NCBI GenBank assembly: GCA_965209055.1
Contig: OZ242374.1
Location: 1,440,001-1,504,000 of the forward strand
DNA from: Acidobacteriota bacterium
GTDB taxonomy: Bacteria > Acidobacteriota > UBA6911 > RPQK01 > JAJDTT01
Reading direction: 5' to 3'
DNA: 64,000 bases
Of this stretch, positions 61,800 to 64,000 are shown piece by piece. Under the pieces are notes generated by a model. That model ran no database searches and was not told the origin of the DNA. It worked only from the letters and a program-made list of their open reading frames with translations. Position numbers and translations under genes: made by a program. Position 1 is the stretch's first letter; each line of letters starts with the position of its first letter.

Positions 61800-64000
61800 T
61801 TACGCCGGCTTCCTGGTCGGGATCAACTGCTCCACGGAGCGGAAGATGCGTTGGGTCGCCTCCTGGTAGTCCGCCGGCTCCGGCAGGAAGGGCTTGCCGA
61901 ACGTGATCTCCACCGGGTGGAGGCGGATCCGGTTCGAGCCGCGGCGCCACGCTTCGTAAGTCCCCGCGATTCCCACCGGGACGACGGGCACCTTGAGTTC
62001 CGTGGAAAGGATGGCGGGTCCTTTCCGGAACGGCTTCAGGCGGCCGTCGATGGAGCGGGTGCCCTCGGGGAAGACACACAGGACCTTCCCCTTCTTGAGC
62101 CCCTCGGCTCCCAGGCGCAGGGCTTGGCGGAGATAGCGGTCCGAGTCCACCGGAACCACCTTGAGGAACCGGCCCACCAACGACGTGAACCGGCCGACGA
62201 AATAGTCGCTGTACCCCAGAAAGAAGAGGCGCCGGGTCAGACGGTAGGGAAGAACTGCCGCCACCAGAAACGCGTCCAGGTAGCTGAGGTGGTTGGGACA
62301 GAGCATGAACGGATACTCGCGGGGCAGGTTCTCGGTGCCGCGGGTCTTGACGCGGAAGAGGACCCGGGCCAGCGTATGGACCGTCTTGGCCGTGGCGTAG
62401 AAGGCCAGGTCCGACAGGCGCCCATGGCCCAGCGTCTTGCGCATGAGGACCGCATCCTGTCCTTCCAGGGGGTTCGCCAGGATCTCTCCCCATGAGAGCC
62501 AGGAACTCCCTTCCGATTCGGTGGCGGGCGATTCGGCTCCTTCCACGGCCCGGACCAGATCGTCGACGGTGAGAATTTCGGCTGCCGCCTCGTCGGAGAT
62601 TCGGACCCCGAAAGTGTCCTGCAGGCTCGACACGAACTCCACCCGTTCCAGCGAATCGAAACGGAGGTCCAGCTCCAGGTTCATCTCCCGGTGGATGATC
62701 GGCGCCTTGCGGGTCCGGCGAAGCAGCTCGAAGATTCGTTCTTCGGTAGGACTCGCGGGCGCGCTGGCCGCTTCGAATCGGGCGGGAGGCTCGTCCGCAG
62801 CGCTGGCCTCCACCTCCTGTTGAAGAACGAAGCGCTTGATCTTGCGGGTCGTGGTGCGGGGAAGCGGCTCGGTCCGAATGGCGAAACTGTGGACCCGCTT
62901 GTAGGCGGGCAACTCCTGGGAGATCCCCTCCAGCAGGTAGTGGATCATCTCCTGCGAATTGACCACCTGGTTGCTGCGCAGCACGTCGAAATCGGGAACG
63001 ATGACGGCGTGGAGCCGTTCCTGAACCTCTCCGTCGGGCGTCTGGACGCCCAGCACGCACATCTCTTTGATGTAGGGACAGTGGCTCTGATAGTGATGCT
63101 CCACCTCTTCGGGGAAGACGTTCTTCCCCGATGGCAGAACGATCATCTCCTTGTCCCGCCCGGTGATATAGAGGCTCCCGGATTCGGACACGTAGCCCAG
63201 GTCGCCGCTGTCGAGCCAGCCGTCCCGAAAGGTCTTCTCCGTCTCTTCGGGGTTTTTCCAGTACCCCTGCATGATGTTCTCGCCCCGCATCAGGACGCGT
63301 CCGATCCCGTCCGAGTCGGGGTCCTGAATACGGATCCGGACATGAGGCAGAGGCATTCCCACCGAACCCAGCTCCCGCGTGGAAGGCGGGTTCAGCGTGG
63401 CGAGGGCCGCCGTCTCGGTCATCCCGTAGGCCTGGATGATGGTGAATCCCAGATCCCGCAACGACAGGGCCACCTTCTCGTCGAACCGGGCCCCCCCGAC
63501 GCCGAAATAGCGGAACTGGAGGCCGAACTTGCTGTGCAGTGGCCGAAACAGGGTGCGTCCCGGATTGAAGCCGAGCTGTCGATTGCAGAGTCGGGAAAAG
63601 GCCAGGAGGCAACGGAAAACGAGTCTGCGCACCAGCGGTTGTTTCTCGATCTCCTGGAGGATGCGCCGGTGGAGCAGGTAGTAGAACTGGGGAACGCAGA
63701 CGAAGATGGTGACCAACTCCTCGCGAAATGCACGCAGCACCCGCTGGGCTTCCAGGGTGTCCAGATAGGTCACCCTCGCCCCCGCGTAGAGAGGAATGAT
63801 GAAATTGGCCATGAGCGCCAGCACGTGGTAGAGCGGGAGAACCGAAAGGATATGATCCTGAGAGGAGACCTGGATCATCTTCAGGAGCTCGCCCATGTTC
63901 CGGTACACATTCCGGCGGCTCAGGACCACCCCCTTGGGATTGCCGGTGGTGCCGCTCGTGTAGAGGATCAGGAAAGGCTCGTCCGTCCCCCGTTCGACCA
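61800..64000 (-). CDS. Long-chain acyl-AMP ligase / ACP / acyltransferase multidomain protein (partial, start beyond the right edge)
   Basis: YTSGTTGNPKG at the window edge, YGMTE, SGDLG, GR.K, ACP motif FDSL, and PlsC motifs NHLSYLD and FPEGTRS. Confidence 0.9.
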   Translation of the reverse strand, partial: VERGTDEPFLILYTSGTTGNPKGVVLSRRNVYRNMGELLKMIQVSSQDHILSVLPLYHVLALMANFIIPLYAGARVTYLDTLEAQRVLRAFREELVTIFVCVPQFYYLLHRRILQEIEKQPLVRRLVFRCLLAFSRLCNRQLGFNPGRTLFRPLHSKFGLQFRYFGVGGARFDEKVALSLRDLGFTIIQAYGMTETAALATLNPPSTRELGSVGMPLPHVRIRIQDPDSDGIGRVLMRGENIMQGYWKNPEETEKTFRDGWLDSGDLGYVSESGSLYITGRDKEMIVLPSGKNVFPEEVEHHYQSHCPYIKEMCVLGVQTPDGEVQERLHAVIVPDFDVLRSNQVVNSQEMIHYLLEGISQELPAYKRVHSFAIRTEPLPRTTTRKIKRFVLQQEVEASAADEPPARFEAASAPASPTEERIFELLRRTRKAPIIHREMNLELDLRFDSLERVEFVSSLQDTFGVRISDEAAAEILTVDDLVRAVEGAESPATESEGSSWLSWGEILANPLEGQDAVLMRKTLGHGRLSDLAFYATAKTVHTLARVLFRVKTRGTENLPREYPFMLCPNHLSYLDAFLVAAVLPYRLTRRLFFLGYSDYFVGRFTSLVGRFLKVVPVDSDRYLRQALRLGAEGLKKGKVLCVFPEGTRSIDGRLKPFRKGPAILSTELKVPVVPVGIAGTYEAWRRGSNRIRLHPVEITFGKPFLPEPADYQEATQRIFRSVEQLIPTRKPA

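Noticed and set aside
61702-63612. Apparent 926-aa radical SAM fusion protein
   Set aside because: The upstream part is an off-frame, Arg/Pro/Gly-rich reading of the acyl-ligase gene. The real rSAM starts near 61701.

Overview
High-GC bacterial chromosome segment, probably from an Acidobacteriota-type organism (inferred from the VWA-related protein family and the dnaA-dnaN-gyrB-gyrA order). It spans the likely replication origin: DnaA boxes lie between dnaA and dnaN. Most of the window is housekeeping: translation (prmC, prfA, rpmE, rpsA, rpsU, serS, mtaB, queA, tRNA-Ser), replication (dnaA, dnaN, gyrB, gyrA, rnhB), nucleotide and cofactor metabolism (folE, hpt, pncB, purB, purD, purE, add, pyrE, queD, queC-like) and central metabolism (acs, putA, thrC, lutABC). 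I see no CRISPR array, prophage, integrase or transposase. The most interesting signals are: (1) four 22-bp-period palindromic boxes over the promoter of an AAA/DUF4143 ATPase-nuclease gene just after tRNA-Ser; (2) a radical SAM gene plus an atypical Cys-rich metallophosphoesterase, in frame across a TGA and a hairpin, facing a lutABC-queD-queC-like operon that has no queE; (3) a P-loop kinase/dCMP deaminase fusion; (4) a 160-bp MITE-like hairpin flanked by TA; (5) a recurring extended -10 motif 6-11 nt before start codons, suggesting many leaderless mRNAs; (6) a ClpX paralogue lacking the zinc-binding domain and a PlmA-like GntR regulator. Many start codons were re-chosen by eye and are provisional.
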